Origin: Alphaproteobacteria bacterium
GTDB taxonomy: Bacteria > Pseudomonadota > Alphaproteobacteria > Rhodospirillales > Casp-alpha2
Length of the DNA: 64,000 bases
Assembly: GCA_014382345.1 (NCBI GenBank)
Contig: JACNJX010000054.1
Location: 94-64,093 of the forward strand
Reading direction: 5' to 3'
The notes beneath the pieces were generated by a model. It saw only the letters and a program-made list of their open reading frames with translations, ran no database searches and had not been told where the DNA came from. Position 1 is the first letter of the stretch, and every line of letters starts with the position of its first letter. The translations under genes were made by a program, and so were the position numbers. This document shows positions 48,512 through 57,604 of this stretch, piece after piece.

Positions 48512-49537
48512 TCAAATCTTTCTTGCGTCCAGGTCTTCATTCCACATCCGGCGGATATCGGAAAGCCGCTCCACCGGGTTTTGCAGCCAGGCGCATGCCG
48601 AGCCGCGCACGCGTTCCTTATCGCCCTCACGGCTCAGGTATTCAACCGGGGATTTGCCGTCGATACGGGCCAGGAACATTCCGGGCAACAGGCGGGCGGT
48701 GCGGGTCTCGATGGCCTGCGCCGGTTCCGCCGTGACGATTTCCAGATAGCTTTCCGCCATGGCATCGAAACATTCAAGAAAGCCGTCTTTGGCGGTGGGC
48801 ACGGCCAGGCATTTCAGCAGCAGATGGTTGAGACAGAACGCCAGATCGAAAGCCGGATCGCCATACCAGGCGCATTCGGCATCGAGAAACACCGGCCCGT
48901 CCGGCCCGGCGAGGATGTTCTTGGGGCTGACGTCGCCGTGCACAAGGGCGGTTCGGGTTTCCGCCGTGGTCAGCACCAGACCTGTCAGGATATCCGCCAG
49001 TTCGGGATGTGCCGTTGCCGTGGCCTCAAGATAAGGCGCGAGACGAATGGCGTGAAAAATTTCATCGGTGGCGAAAGCGGCCGCAATTTTGGCATCTCCG
49101 GCGGTTGCAGAATGGATGCGGGCCAGCCGTTCACCGACCTGGGCGGCGAAATCGGGCTTGGCTTCGCCATTGAGAAGCTGGTCCTTCCAGCACGGGTAAC
49201 GGTCCGGGGGCAGATATTGCATGGCGAACATGCCGGCCCCTGCATCGTGGGCGAGAACTTTCGGCACAGCACCGGGAACGATCTCTCCCGCCGTTTCCAG
49301 CCAACGCGCCTCATAGGCATTGCGTTCGACCGGCGCGCGCCAGTCCTGTTTGACCCTCAGCTTCGCCAGCGCCTTTTTGACGCAGACCGGGCCGCGCTTA
49401 AGGCGGGCAATCCGGATATCGGAGGAAACGCCACCATCGAGCGCTTCCAGCACCGGCGTCTCCCCGCCGTCCAGTAATCCGGCGCGGTCGAGAAAGGACA
49501 AAAACTCAACGGGCGTATCGTCCATGGTGTCGGTCAT
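48512..49537 (-). CDS. aminoglycoside-phosphotransferase / MtnK-like small-molecule kinase
   Basis: Brenner-type catalytic loop LVHGDVSPKNIL and FLDAECAWYGDPAFDLAF (DxE/D metal site). Start at ATG 49537 (MTDTMDD). Confidence 0.75.
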   Translation of the reverse strand: MTDTMDDTPVEFLSFLDRAGLLDGGETPVLEALDGGVSSDIRIARLKRGPVCVKKALAKLRVKQDWRAPVERNAYEARWLETAGEIVPGAVPKVLAHDAGAGMFAMQYLPPDRYPCWKDQLLNGEAKPDFAAQVGERLARIHSATAGDAKIAAAFATDEIFHAIRLAPYLEATATAHPELADILTGLVLTTAETRTALVHGDVSPKNILAGPDGPVFLDAECAWYGDPAFDLAFCLNHLLLKCLAVPTAKDGFLECFDAMAESYLEIVTAEPAQAIETRTARLLPGMFLARIDGKSPVEYLSREGDKERVRGSACAWLQNPVERLSDIRRMWNEDLDARKI

Positions 49538-49619
49538 GAGAGTCCCCAAAACGGCGACAAACGGTAAAACAGGGCGAATGATTACGCGATTAATAATTCA
49601 AACGCGAAACATCTTGTAA

Positions 49620-49805
49620 CATTTTGAAACGAGTCGGAGAAATGCCGGAAACATGTCCGGGTTAAAGTGGTTTCAATCGAGTTGCCGCTTCCCTCATCGC
49701 CCCCCCTCAAGATGGCGGCAGCTCCGGGTCAGGGGCCATACCCCTCGCTCCTGACACCTCCCTGTTGAACTCGCCGGGTTTTCTTTGAAAGCCCGGCGTT
49801 TTTTT
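49620..49805 (+). ncRNA. candidate structured small RNA (about 185 nt) ending in a rho-independent terminator
   Basis: Hand-folded nested stems: TTGAAAC/GTTTCAA (49624-49676) enclosing CCGGA/TCCGG, then GTTGCCGC/GCGGCAGC (49681-49722) with a 26-nt C-rich loop, then GTCAGGGG...CCCC...CTGAC (49728-49755). A single-stranded CCUCCC follows at 49757-49762, then the terminator. There is no plus-strand CDS upstream. The 5' end is unknown. Confidence 0.3.
49773..49805 (+). terminator. rho-independent terminator, plus-strand polarity
   Basis: CGCCGGGTTTT-CTTTG-AAAGCCCGGCG stem (about 11 bp including one G-U pair), followed by TTTTTTT at 49799-49805. Confidence 0.6.
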
Positions 49806-49824
49806 GGCGTTACTGTGGCCGTCC

Positions 49825-50142
49825 TTACTTAGGACGTCCTGTGGCCATGTCGTAATCGCGGAAGACATCGGCGACCCGGATCCGGTAATCCAGAAAAATT
49901 CCGTCGCGGCCTTCCTGTTGGGCGTTGCGGTGGTCGGCCTTTGCATACCAAGCGTCGACGGCGTCCCGGTCGCGCCAGAACGACAGGGACACGTATTTTT
50001 CTTCATCATTGAGGCTCTGGAAGCGTTCGATGGAAATGAATCCATTGGTATTTTCCAGTTCCTTTCGGAGCGCCGTGGCCAGTTCGAAATACCGCTCATT
50101 GCGTTCGGGGTTGATCGATACTTCGAAAATCACGGCAATCAT
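49825..50142 (-). CDS. antibiotic-biosynthesis-monooxygenase (ABM) domain protein
   Basis: 105-aa ferredoxin-like fold pattern: MIAVIFEV...GFISIERFQS...YVSLSFWRDRDAVDAW. Confidence 0.75.
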   Translation of the reverse strand: MIAVIFEVSINPERNERYFELATALRKELENTNGFISIERFQSLNDEEKYVSLSFWRDRDAVDAWYAKADHRNAQQEGRDGIFLDYRIRVADVFRDYDMATGRPK

Positions 50143-50240
50143 GACGAAGGCTCCTTTTTTGAGGCCGCACCGCTTTCGGGGGATAGGGTACGGAGAGTAT
50201 TCAACGAATGGCTATTGAGGCTCGTTCGAGCGCGGGAGGC

Positions 50241-50627
50241 TCAGGAAAGGCAGTCGTTGACCGCCAGAATGAAATCCTCAGGCGAGAAGGGTTTGGCCAG
50301 GACTTTGTCGGCGCCGAGATAGTTGGACATATCGGAAAAGGACTTTTGGTCGAAATTTCCGCCGCCGCCGCCGGATATGGCAATGATCTTGGTGTCCGGC
50401 GAAATATCCCGGATTTCCGAAATGGCGTCATAGCCATGTTTTTTCGGCATCAGAATATCGGTGATTACGATATCTGCGGGTTCCGGGTCGGCGGCCAGAT
50501 CCCGGAATTGGTTGACGCCGTCTTCGCCATCGGTCGCTTCCAGGACTTCGTGGCCCTTGCTTTCAAGGGCGCAGCGCAGGCTGTAACGCACCATTTCTTC
50601 GTCTTCAATGAGTAGAATTTTTGCCAT
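50241..50627 (-). CDS. single-domain response regulator (CheY-like receiver)
   Basis: KILLIEDEE, ADIVITDILMP and KIIAISG...KP are all present (acidic pocket, phospho-Asp, T/S, Lys). Confidence 0.9.
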   Translation of the reverse strand: MAKILLIEDEEMVRYSLRCALESKGHEVLEATDGEDGVNQFRDLAADPEPADIVITDILMPKKHGYDAISEIRDISPDTKIIAISGGGGGNFDQKSFSDMSNYLGADKVLAKPFSPEDFILAVNDCLS

Positions 50628-50632
50628 GACGC

Positions 50633-52972
50633 CTAGTCTTTAACAGATTGGTCTAAAGGGAGATAGACCTCAAATGTTGCTCCATGCCCGGCTTCGCTCT
50701 TCACATGGATTGTGCCGGCGTGTTTCTGGATGATCCCAAAGGCGCTGGAAAGCCCGAGCCCCGTGCCTTGGCCAACCCCCTTGGTGGTGAAAAACGGATC
50801 GAAGATCTTTTCCAGGGTTTCCGGGTCCATTCCGTGTCCGGTATCGGTGACGGTGAGTTTCGCAAATATCCCTGCATCCAGGCCGGGTACGGGGCTTTCC
50901 GCCGTTTCATTGAGGGTGATCCTGCTTAAGGATACGGACAACTCCCCGGCTTTTCCATCCATGTCATCGACCGCGTTGGAGACAAGGTTCATCAGCACCG
51001 TTTGAATCTGTGCGGTATCCACGTAAACCTGTCCCGTTTGGGCATCCAGGTTTTCTCTCACGGTTATCGAGGAGGGAATGGTCGAGGCGACAAGGTCCAG
51101 GCCTTCGCGGATGATGTGGTACATATCCGCCCGGTTTCGGATCAGTCCCTGTTGGCGGCTGAAAGTGGATATCCGTTGAACCAGTTCCTTGGCTCCACTC
51201 GCGGCCTGGCAAATGACGTCCATGTTCCGGTGCTCCTGGCTTTCTTCGTCCAGGCGGTCTTTCACCAACTTTCCAAGAATCAGGATCGGCTGCAGCATGT
51301 TGTTCAGGTTATGGGCTATGCCGCCGGCCATGTGGCCTAGGGATTCCATCTTGTTGTGGTGGGTTAATTCATTCTGGGCACGGCGGTAGGCCGAGATGTC
51401 GGTGCTGGCGCCACGGTAGCCTAAGAAGGTTCCGTCTTGATCGAACGCCGGCTTTCCGCTGATGGTGATTTGTCGTGTTTTCCCATCCGGCAGTTTCAAA
51501 GAGAATTCAAAATTCCTAAATGGCCGCCGGTTTTCCAGATCTTCCTGGTGGCGGTTCCAGGGGCCGGGGTTTTCCATGATGGTTTCCGGCCCGACGAATT
51601 CGAACCGTGTCTTTCCAATGATATCCTCCCGCGGCAATTCGTTTTCCTTGAGGAACCGTTCGGATACAGATGTAAAACGAAGGTCTGGTCCCATTTCCCA
51701 GAAATGATCGGAAGCGGATTCTGCGATATCCCGGAGCCGCGCCTCGCTTTCACGGAGCGCCGTTTCTGCGTGTTTGAGTTCGGTGATGTCGCTGCGGACC
51801 AGGAACGTTCCACCGCCGGATGTCTCATATTCCTGCACGATGACGAAGTTATCGGTTTCGGGATAGTAACGGACAGATGATTCCCTTTTTTCATGTTCCC
51901 GAAGACGCCTTTGCACATACTTTTCCATGCCGTCCGGGTCATTTATATTGTGGATGCGTTCACCTGCGGCACGGGCAATGTCCTCGAAGGACGTCCCCGG
52001 AACCAGAACGTCGTCCAGGTTTTCTAGGTTTTCCCGGAACGCTGTGTTGCAGAAGACGAATTTGTCTTCGGCGTCGAACAAGGCGACACCATCGAGAATG
52101 CTTTCCACCGCATCGCTCAGGCGTTGTTCGCTCTCGCGCAGTGCGTCCTCGATCCGCTTGCGCTCGGTAATGTCGTAAAGATACGTCAGGTGTGCTTTTT
52201 GTCCTTCGAATTCCAGCAACGTCGATGTCAGAATCACGAAGTAATGCGTACCGTTGGGCTTGATCAACTCGACTTCGGTCGGGGGCGTGAAACCGGTTTC
52301 GTAGAGGCCCTCTTTCAGTCTTTTCCGCTCATCGGGATCGGCGTAGTAGCTTTCGGCGTTTGACGCGAAAAGCTCATCGCGGGTAACACCTTGAATTTCA
52401 AGGGATCGTTCATTTGCAAACAGGTGTTTTCCCTCTCTGGTGACGATTAGAACGCCGACGGGGCTGGCTTCCAGCATGCGCCGGGTCAGCGCCTCTTTTT
52501 CCCTGAGGTCTTCCTCGATCTGCTTAAGGTCGGTGACCTCGGTGGAGGTAAACAGGGTGCCGCCGTCCGGCGTGCGGCTTTCGTTGATGATGAAGGTCTT
52601 TCCGCTGGCCAGGCGGCGATAGAGGGGGCCTTTCGGGTTGCGGTGCTGATCCAGTCTTTCCCGGATGTAGTCTTCCTCGCGGCCGAAGGCGTCGGCGACG
52701 TTTCCGCTTTCAACGTTAGTGTGGATGATGTCTTCGAAGCGGACGCCTGGCTGGATAAATTCCCTGCCCAGCGGATGCATATTCGTATACGCCTCGTTGC
52801 AGAAGACTAGGCAGTCTTCGGCGTCGAACAGGGCGAACGCCTCCTGCATGGAACCGACGGCGTCCCGGAGGACTCCGTCGATGTCCAAGGTTGGGAGATT
52901 CCGGTTTTCGTTTACGGCGTTTTTCGGCGGCACAGCACACCCCTTAGCCCAGGCCCGTAGGGTCGAAACCAA
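50633..52972 (-). CDS. multi-PAS sensor histidine kinase
   Basis: Several PAS repeats (repeated ...AFALFDAED.FVFCN... pattern), H-box GHMAGGIAHNLNNMLQPI, and HATPase_c with DTGHGM and GTGLGLS. The stop is 5 nt upstream of the receiver gene. Confidence 0.9.
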   Translation of the reverse strand: MVSTLRAWAKGCAVPPKNAVNENRNLPTLDIDGVLRDAVGSMQEAFALFDAEDCLVFCNEAYTNMHPLGREFIQPGVRFEDIIHTNVESGNVADAFGREEDYIRERLDQHRNPKGPLYRRLASGKTFIINESRTPDGGTLFTSTEVTDLKQIEEDLREKEALTRRMLEASPVGVLIVTREGKHLFANERSLEIQGVTRDELFASNAESYYADPDERKRLKEGLYETGFTPPTEVELIKPNGTHYFVILTSTLLEFEGQKAHLTYLYDITERKRIEDALRESEQRLSDAVESILDGVALFDAEDKFVFCNTAFRENLENLDDVLVPGTSFEDIARAAGERIHNINDPDGMEKYVQRRLREHEKRESSVRYYPETDNFVIVQEYETSGGGTFLVRSDITELKHAETALRESEARLRDIAESASDHFWEMGPDLRFTSVSERFLKENELPREDIIGKTRFEFVGPETIMENPGPWNRHQEDLENRRPFRNFEFSLKLPDGKTRQITISGKPAFDQDGTFLGYRGASTDISAYRRAQNELTHHNKMESLGHMAGGIAHNLNNMLQPILILGKLVKDRLDEESQEHRNMDVICQAASGAKELVQRISTFSRQQGLIRNRADMYHIIREGLDLVASTIPSSITVRENLDAQTGQVYVDTAQIQTVLMNLVSNAVDDMDGKAGELSVSLSRITLNETAESPVPGLDAGIFAKLTVTDTGHGMDPETLEKIFDPFFTTKGVGQGTGLGLSSAFGIIQKHAGTIHVKSEAGHGATFEVYLPLDQSVKD

Positions 52973-53273
52973 TTCAGGGTACGGCTTTGGCGAAAATACC
53001 GCAATTTTTATAAGTCAAAATGGAACCGGGCCTCTGGGGAAGAGGCCCGGCCCATGATCAGGGAGAGAGTGGATATATTAGGGAGACTTTGGTCTCTTGA
53101 TAAACATAGTGATGGATTTCGTGGGGTGGCGCAGTGACCACGGTCACAGGGATAAAAATTTTCCGTATTTAGGCCGGAAACCCGCGGGATTATAGGCGTT
53201 ATGGGGCTTTTGTGAGCCGCCACAGGGTGTCATGGTTTTCTAAATGGAGTAAACTTCCTCCCGGGAGAGGAAT

Positions 53274-55133
53274 ATGGCGGCAGGTATGGAATTCCAGATG
53301 TGGGCGGTGTTTGCCCTCATTGTCACGGGGCTGGTATTTTATGTCTCCGAGCGCGTGACGATGGAGGTCATCTCCATCGGCATCATCTGCGTGCTTTTGG
53401 TCTTTTTCCATTTTTTCCCGGTTGTCGGTGCGGACGGGCAATCCGTCCTGACCTCGAAGCGGATTCTTGAAGGCTTCGCCAATCCGGCCCTGATTACGGT
53501 GCTGGCCCTGCTGGTGCTGGGCCAGGGCATGATCCGCACGGGCATTCTGGAACGCGGCGCCGGGTGGTTCCTGCAATGGAGCCATGGCCATGTGTCCGCC
53601 GTGGTGGCCGTTGTCGTCTCTCTGGTCCTGGTCGCCATCATCAGCGCCTTTCTTAACAATACGCCGGTGGTGGTCATCTTCATTCCCATCATGCAGGTGC
53701 TGGCGGCCCGGTTCGGCCAGTCGGTCAGCAAGATCATGATACCCTTGAGCTTCACGGCTATCCTGGGCGGCATGACGACACTGATCGGATCGTCGACGAA
53801 CCTGTTGGTCAACAGCGCCCTGATCGAGTTGAAAATGACGCCGTTCGGGTTTTTCGATTTCTCCGTGCCGGGTCTGGTGCTGGCGTCGGTGGGGGTGTTG
53901 TATGTGGTTCTCATCGTGCCTCGCCTGCTGCCGGACCGCGCCAGCATGGCCGATAACATCGTCACCGGTGACCATAAGCATTTCGTTGCGCAGATCACCG
54001 TATCGGCGGATTCCGACCTGATCGGCAAGGATGCGCCGGGCGGCCATTTCCCCAGTCTGCCGGAAAAGACGCTGCGCATGGTGCAGCGCGGCGAGCAGGC
54101 GATTCTGCCGCCGTTCGAGGGTTTCATTGTCCAGCCCGGAGATGTGCTGGTGATCGCCGCGACCCGAAAAGCGCTGGGCGAATTTTTGGCCAAGGATCCG
54201 GGCCTGCTGTACCCGGACCTGGAAGAAGGCCGCGAGGTTCCCGGCCAGGTGACCTCCACCGGGCGTTGGGAAGAAAGCGGGCAGGCCCTGGCGGAAGTGA
54301 TGGTCGCGCCGGCGTCGCGGATGATCAACCTGACGCTGCCGCAGATCGGATTCCGTTACAAAACCCACTGCATCGTGCTTGGCATCCAGCGGCGTTCCCG
54401 GATGCTGCGCCAGCGTATCACCGATGTCCGCCTGCAGGCCGGGGACGTTTTGCTGTTGCAGGGACAGCCCGACGACATCACCCGGCTTCGGCGCAACCGG
54501 GACGTGGTTCTGGTAGAGGGCACGGCCGAGGAACTTCCCGCCCTTGAGCACGCCAAGCGGGCCGGTTTAATTTTCTTTATCGTTGTGGTTCTCGCCGCCA
54601 CGGGGGTGGTGCCGATCGTGGCGGCAGCCATGACGGGGGCCATCGCCATGGTGACGACGGGCGTGCTGAACGTGCGTCAGGCGGCGCGCGCCATCGATTC
54701 CAAAATTGTTACCGCCATCGCCGCCGCCATCGCCATGAGCGTCGCATTGCAGGACACCGGCGGGGCTGCGTTGCTGGCCCATAGCCTGATCGCGGCCCTG
54801 GCCGGGGCCGCGCCGGCGGTGGTGCTGTCGGTGTTTTTCCTGATCGCGGCCATTATGACCAACATCATTTCCAACAACGCCATCGCCGTCCTGTTCACGC
54901 CCATCGGCGTCGGTCTGGCGCTGGAACTGGGCATTCAGCCCCATATCTTCGCCGTCGCCGTGGTGCTGGCGGCAAACTGCTCGTTCGCCTCTCCCCTGGG
55001 CTACCAGACGAACCTTCTGGTGATGGGGCCGGGGCATTACCGGTTCGCCGACTTCGCGCGCGCCGGGCTGCCGATGATCGTGTTGTTGTGGCTGGCGTTT
55101 TCGTTCTTCGCGCCGTGGTATTACGGGATATAG
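53274..55133 (+). CDS. SLC13/DASS-family permease with central TrkA-C (RCK_C) domains
   Basis: 619 aa. Polytopic N- and C-terminal halves flank two cytoplasmic TrkA-C-like segments (...GDVLVIAATRKAL..., ...GDVLLLQGQPDDI...). Confidence 0.9.
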   Translation: MAAGMEFQMWAVFALIVTGLVFYVSERVTMEVISIGIICVLLVFFHFFPVVGADGQSVLTSKRILEGFANPALITVLALLVLGQGMIRTGILERGAGWFLQWSHGHVSAVVAVVVSLVLVAIISAFLNNTPVVVIFIPIMQVLAARFGQSVSKIMIPLSFTAILGGMTTLIGSSTNLLVNSALIELKMTPFGFFDFSVPGLVLASVGVLYVVLIVPRLLPDRASMADNIVTGDHKHFVAQITVSADSDLIGKDAPGGHFPSLPEKTLRMVQRGEQAILPPFEGFIVQPGDVLVIAATRKALGEFLAKDPGLLYPDLEEGREVPGQVTSTGRWEESGQALAEVMVAPASRMINLTLPQIGFRYKTHCIVLGIQRRSRMLRQRITDVRLQAGDVLLLQGQPDDITRLRRNRDVVLVEGTAEELPALEHAKRAGLIFFIVVVLAATGVVPIVAAAMTGAIAMVTTGVLNVRQAARAIDSKIVTAIAAAIAMSVALQDTGGAALLAHSLIAALAGAAPAVVLSVFFLIAAIMTNIISNNAIAVLFTPIGVGLALELGIQPHIFAVAVVLAANCSFASPLGYQTNLLVMGPGHYRFADFARAGLPMIVLLWLAFSFFAPWYYGI

Positions 55134-55145
55134 GACGCCCTCGGC

Positions 55146-56240
55146 TTAAGCGGCGAAGGCTTTTTTCAGATGCCCGGGAATTTGAATGAGCGGTAGCACG
55201 GCGCTGCACAGGCCGGCCTTGGCGACGGCGCCCGGCATGCCCCAGACGACGCTGCTGGCATGGTCCTGGGCGATGATGGTGCCGCCGGCTTTTGTCACGG
55301 CCTCGCTGCCCGCCTGGCCGTCTTGTCCCATGCCGGTCAGGACCAGGCCTATGGTCTTAGGCCCGTATATTATTGCAGCGCTTTTAAACAAGGGGTCGGC
55401 CGACGGGCGGCAGTAGTTGACAGGCGTATCCTGATTGAGGCGGATGCACACAGCGCCTCCGTTGGCGGCATCGCGTTCAAGCACCATGTGGTAATCGCCC
55501 GGCGCGACATAGACATGCCCGGCCTTAACCGGCTCGCCATCTTTCCCTTCGACGCAGGGCCGCCCGCAGATCCGGGTGATGTTCTGCGCCAGCGAGCCGG
55601 TGAACACCGGCGGCATGTGTTGAGCGATCAGGATCGGCACCGTGACGGAACGGTCCAGTCCGCCGAATACAGACGCCAACGCCTGCGGCCCGCCTGTGGA
55701 ACTGGCGATAACCAGAATGTCCGGTGTCACCGTCGAGGCCGGGCGCAGGGTGATCGGGGCGTCGTCGTCAAACGTGGGCGCTTTCTTCGCCTGGCGTCCG
55801 CCTTCGTCGCGCCGGGCTTGGCCGAGTTCGAACGCCGTCTCCGCCAGATTATGCTGGAAAACGGCAAGGCTGGAATCCTTCGTGTGGGCGGCCGGTGTTT
55901 GCAGAAATTCCACGGCGCCCCGTTCCATTCCCTCCAGTCCCGTCTTCACGTTGGTGAAGGTGAGGGTGGAGACCATGATGATCCGGGCCTTGGCGTCGAT
56001 GCGAAGAAGCCTGGAAATAGTGGTCAGGGAGAGTTTCGGATCGCCGCCGATGTCGATGACGATGACCTCGGCCTCTGTGTTGCGGAACTGGGCGACGGCC
56101 TTTTCGCCATCGGCGGGCCGGATGGCGATTTGGATGCGCGGATCGCGCTCAAGAATGCCGCCGACGAGATCGCCGACGACCTTGGAGTCGCCGATCACCA
56201 TGGCCTGGACCGGGTCTTTTTTGGAGGGGGAGGAGGACAT
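55146..56240 (-). CDS. cheB: protein-glutamate methylesterase CheB (orphan, atypical receiver)
   Basis: Catalytic Ser/His/Asp contexts SSTGGP, AQHMPP and LTGMGQDG. Start chosen at MSSSPSKK (56240), after GGAGG. No other che genes in the window. Confidence 0.85.
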   Translation of the reverse strand: MSSSPSKKDPVQAMVIGDSKVVGDLVGGILERDPRIQIAIRPADGEKAVAQFRNTEAEVIVIDIGGDPKLSLTTISRLLRIDAKARIIMVSTLTFTNVKTGLEGMERGAVEFLQTPAAHTKDSSLAVFQHNLAETAFELGQARRDEGGRQAKKAPTFDDDAPITLRPASTVTPDILVIASSTGGPQALASVFGGLDRSVTVPILIAQHMPPVFTGSLAQNITRICGRPCVEGKDGEPVKAGHVYVAPGDYHMVLERDAANGGAVCIRLNQDTPVNYCRPSADPLFKSAAIIYGPKTIGLVLTGMGQDGQAGSEAVTKAGGTIIAQDHASSVVWGMPGAVAKAGLCSAVLPLIQIPGHLKKAFAA

Positions 56241-56340
56241 GATTTTTGGCGTCTGATGGGGGCTGTTGCTGAATCTACGGGGTGTTTTAATTGGAAAGCA
56301 ATAGACCGGATAAGGAAACCTTTTTCGGTAAAAGGACAGC

Positions 56341-56369
56341 TTGACGGCGAAATGGCCCAGGCCTATAAG
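56341..56369 (+). promoter_or_regulatory. sigma70-like promoter upstream of serC
   Basis: TTGACG (56341-56346), a 17-nt spacer, then TATAAG (56364-56369). This lies about 60 nt upstream of the GTG start. Confidence 0.4.
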
Positions 56370-56428
56370 ACCGGTGGGCCACGCCCCCCCAACGGGGCGC
56401 GACCTTTCTGTGAGGAAAGGAGACAATT

Positions 56429-57604
56429 GTGAACACACCTCAGAAACCGGACACCCGTCCGGCCAATCCCCGTTTTTCATCCGGACCCTGCACCAAGCCT
56501 CCCGGCTGGTCGCTGAACGATCTCAAGGACGCCTTCGTCGGCCGCTCCCACCGCCACGCCACCGGCAAGGAGAAGCTGAAGGAAGTCCTGACCCGCACCC
56601 GTGATATTCTGGGTATCCCCGACGGCCACCATATCGCCATCGTCCCCGGTTCAGACACCGGGGCCATGGAAATGGCGCTGTGGTCGATGCTGGGGACGCG
56701 CGGCGTTGACCTGCTGGCGTGGGACAACTTCGGCGCTACCTGGGCCACGGATGCTGCCAAGCATCTGAAAATCGACGGCGCCCGCGTTATCGAGGCCGCT
56801 TATGGCGACCTGCCCGACTTAAGCGAGGTCGATTTCGCCAACGATGTGGTCTTTACCTGGAACGGCACCACGTCCGGCGTCTGCGTGCCCAACGCAGACT
56901 GGATCGCGGCGGACCGCCAAGGCCTGACCTTTTGCGACGCCACGTCGGCGGCCTTCGCCATGGACCTGGACTGGGACAAGCTCGACGTCACCACCTGGTC
57001 GTGGCAGAAGGCGATGGGTGGTGAGGCGGCGCATGGCATGTTGGTGCTCGGCCCCCGCGCCGTCGAACGGTTGGAAAGTTACACGCCGCCGTGGCCGCTG
57101 CCGAAAGTGTTCCGGCTGACCAAGAACGGAAAATTTGATCCGGCCCCGTTCGAAGGCCTGACCATCAACACGCCGTCCATGCTTTGTGTCGAAGATGCCC
57201 TGAACAGTTTGAAATGGGCGGAATCCATGGGCGGGCTGAAAGGCCTGATGGCCCGCGTCGAGGTCAATTCAAAAGCCACCTTCGCCTGGGTCGAAGGCGC
57301 GGACTGGGTCGATTTTCTGGCCTCCGATGCGGCGTCGCGCTCGACGACATCCGTGACGTTGCAGATCACCGACCCCTGGCTCGCCGATCAGGATGAAGAC
57401 TTTCGCAAGAACGTCGGCAAGCGCCTGGGTGCGTTGCTCGATGAAGAAGGTGTGGCCTTTGATATCGCTAATCACATGGCGGCGCCTCCGGGCCTGCGTC
57501 TGTGGAACGGGGCAACGGTGGAGACATCCGACCTGAACGCCCTGTTCCCGTGGCTGGACTGGGGCTGGGCGGCGCTCAAGGAGAAGGAGGACGGAAATGC
57601 CTAA
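56429..57604 (+). CDS. serC: phosphoserine aminotransferase (long alphaproteobacterial type)
   Basis: 391 aa with N-terminus PANPRFSSGPCTKPPGW and WSWQKAMGGE (PLP-lysine context). GTG start after AGGAAAGGAG. It overlaps serA by 8 nt. Confidence 0.9.
   Translation: MNTPQKPDTRPANPRFSSGPCTKPPGWSLNDLKDAFVGRSHRHATGKEKLKEVLTRTRDILGIPDGHHIAIVPGSDTGAMEMALWSMLGTRGVDLLAWDNFGATWATDAAKHLKIDGARVIEAAYGDLPDLSEVDFANDVVFTWNGTTSGVCVPNADWIAADRQGLTFCDATSAAFAMDLDWDKLDVTTWSWQKAMGGEAAHGMLVLGPRAVERLESYTPPWPLPKVFRLTKNGKFDPAPFEGLTINTPSMLCVEDALNSLKWAESMGGLKGLMARVEVNSKATFAWVEGADWVDFLASDAASRSTTSVTLQITDPWLADQDEDFRKNVGKRLGALLDEEGVAFDIANHMAAPPGLRLWNGATVETSDLNALFPWLDWGWAALKEKEDGNA

Noticed and set aside
53255-53272. Hairpin TTCCTC-CCGGGA-GAGGAA covering the Shine-Dalgarno of the SLC13 permease gene.
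   Set aside because: It has only 6 bp and is easily produced by chance around a purine-rich SD. It is not enough to claim translational control.
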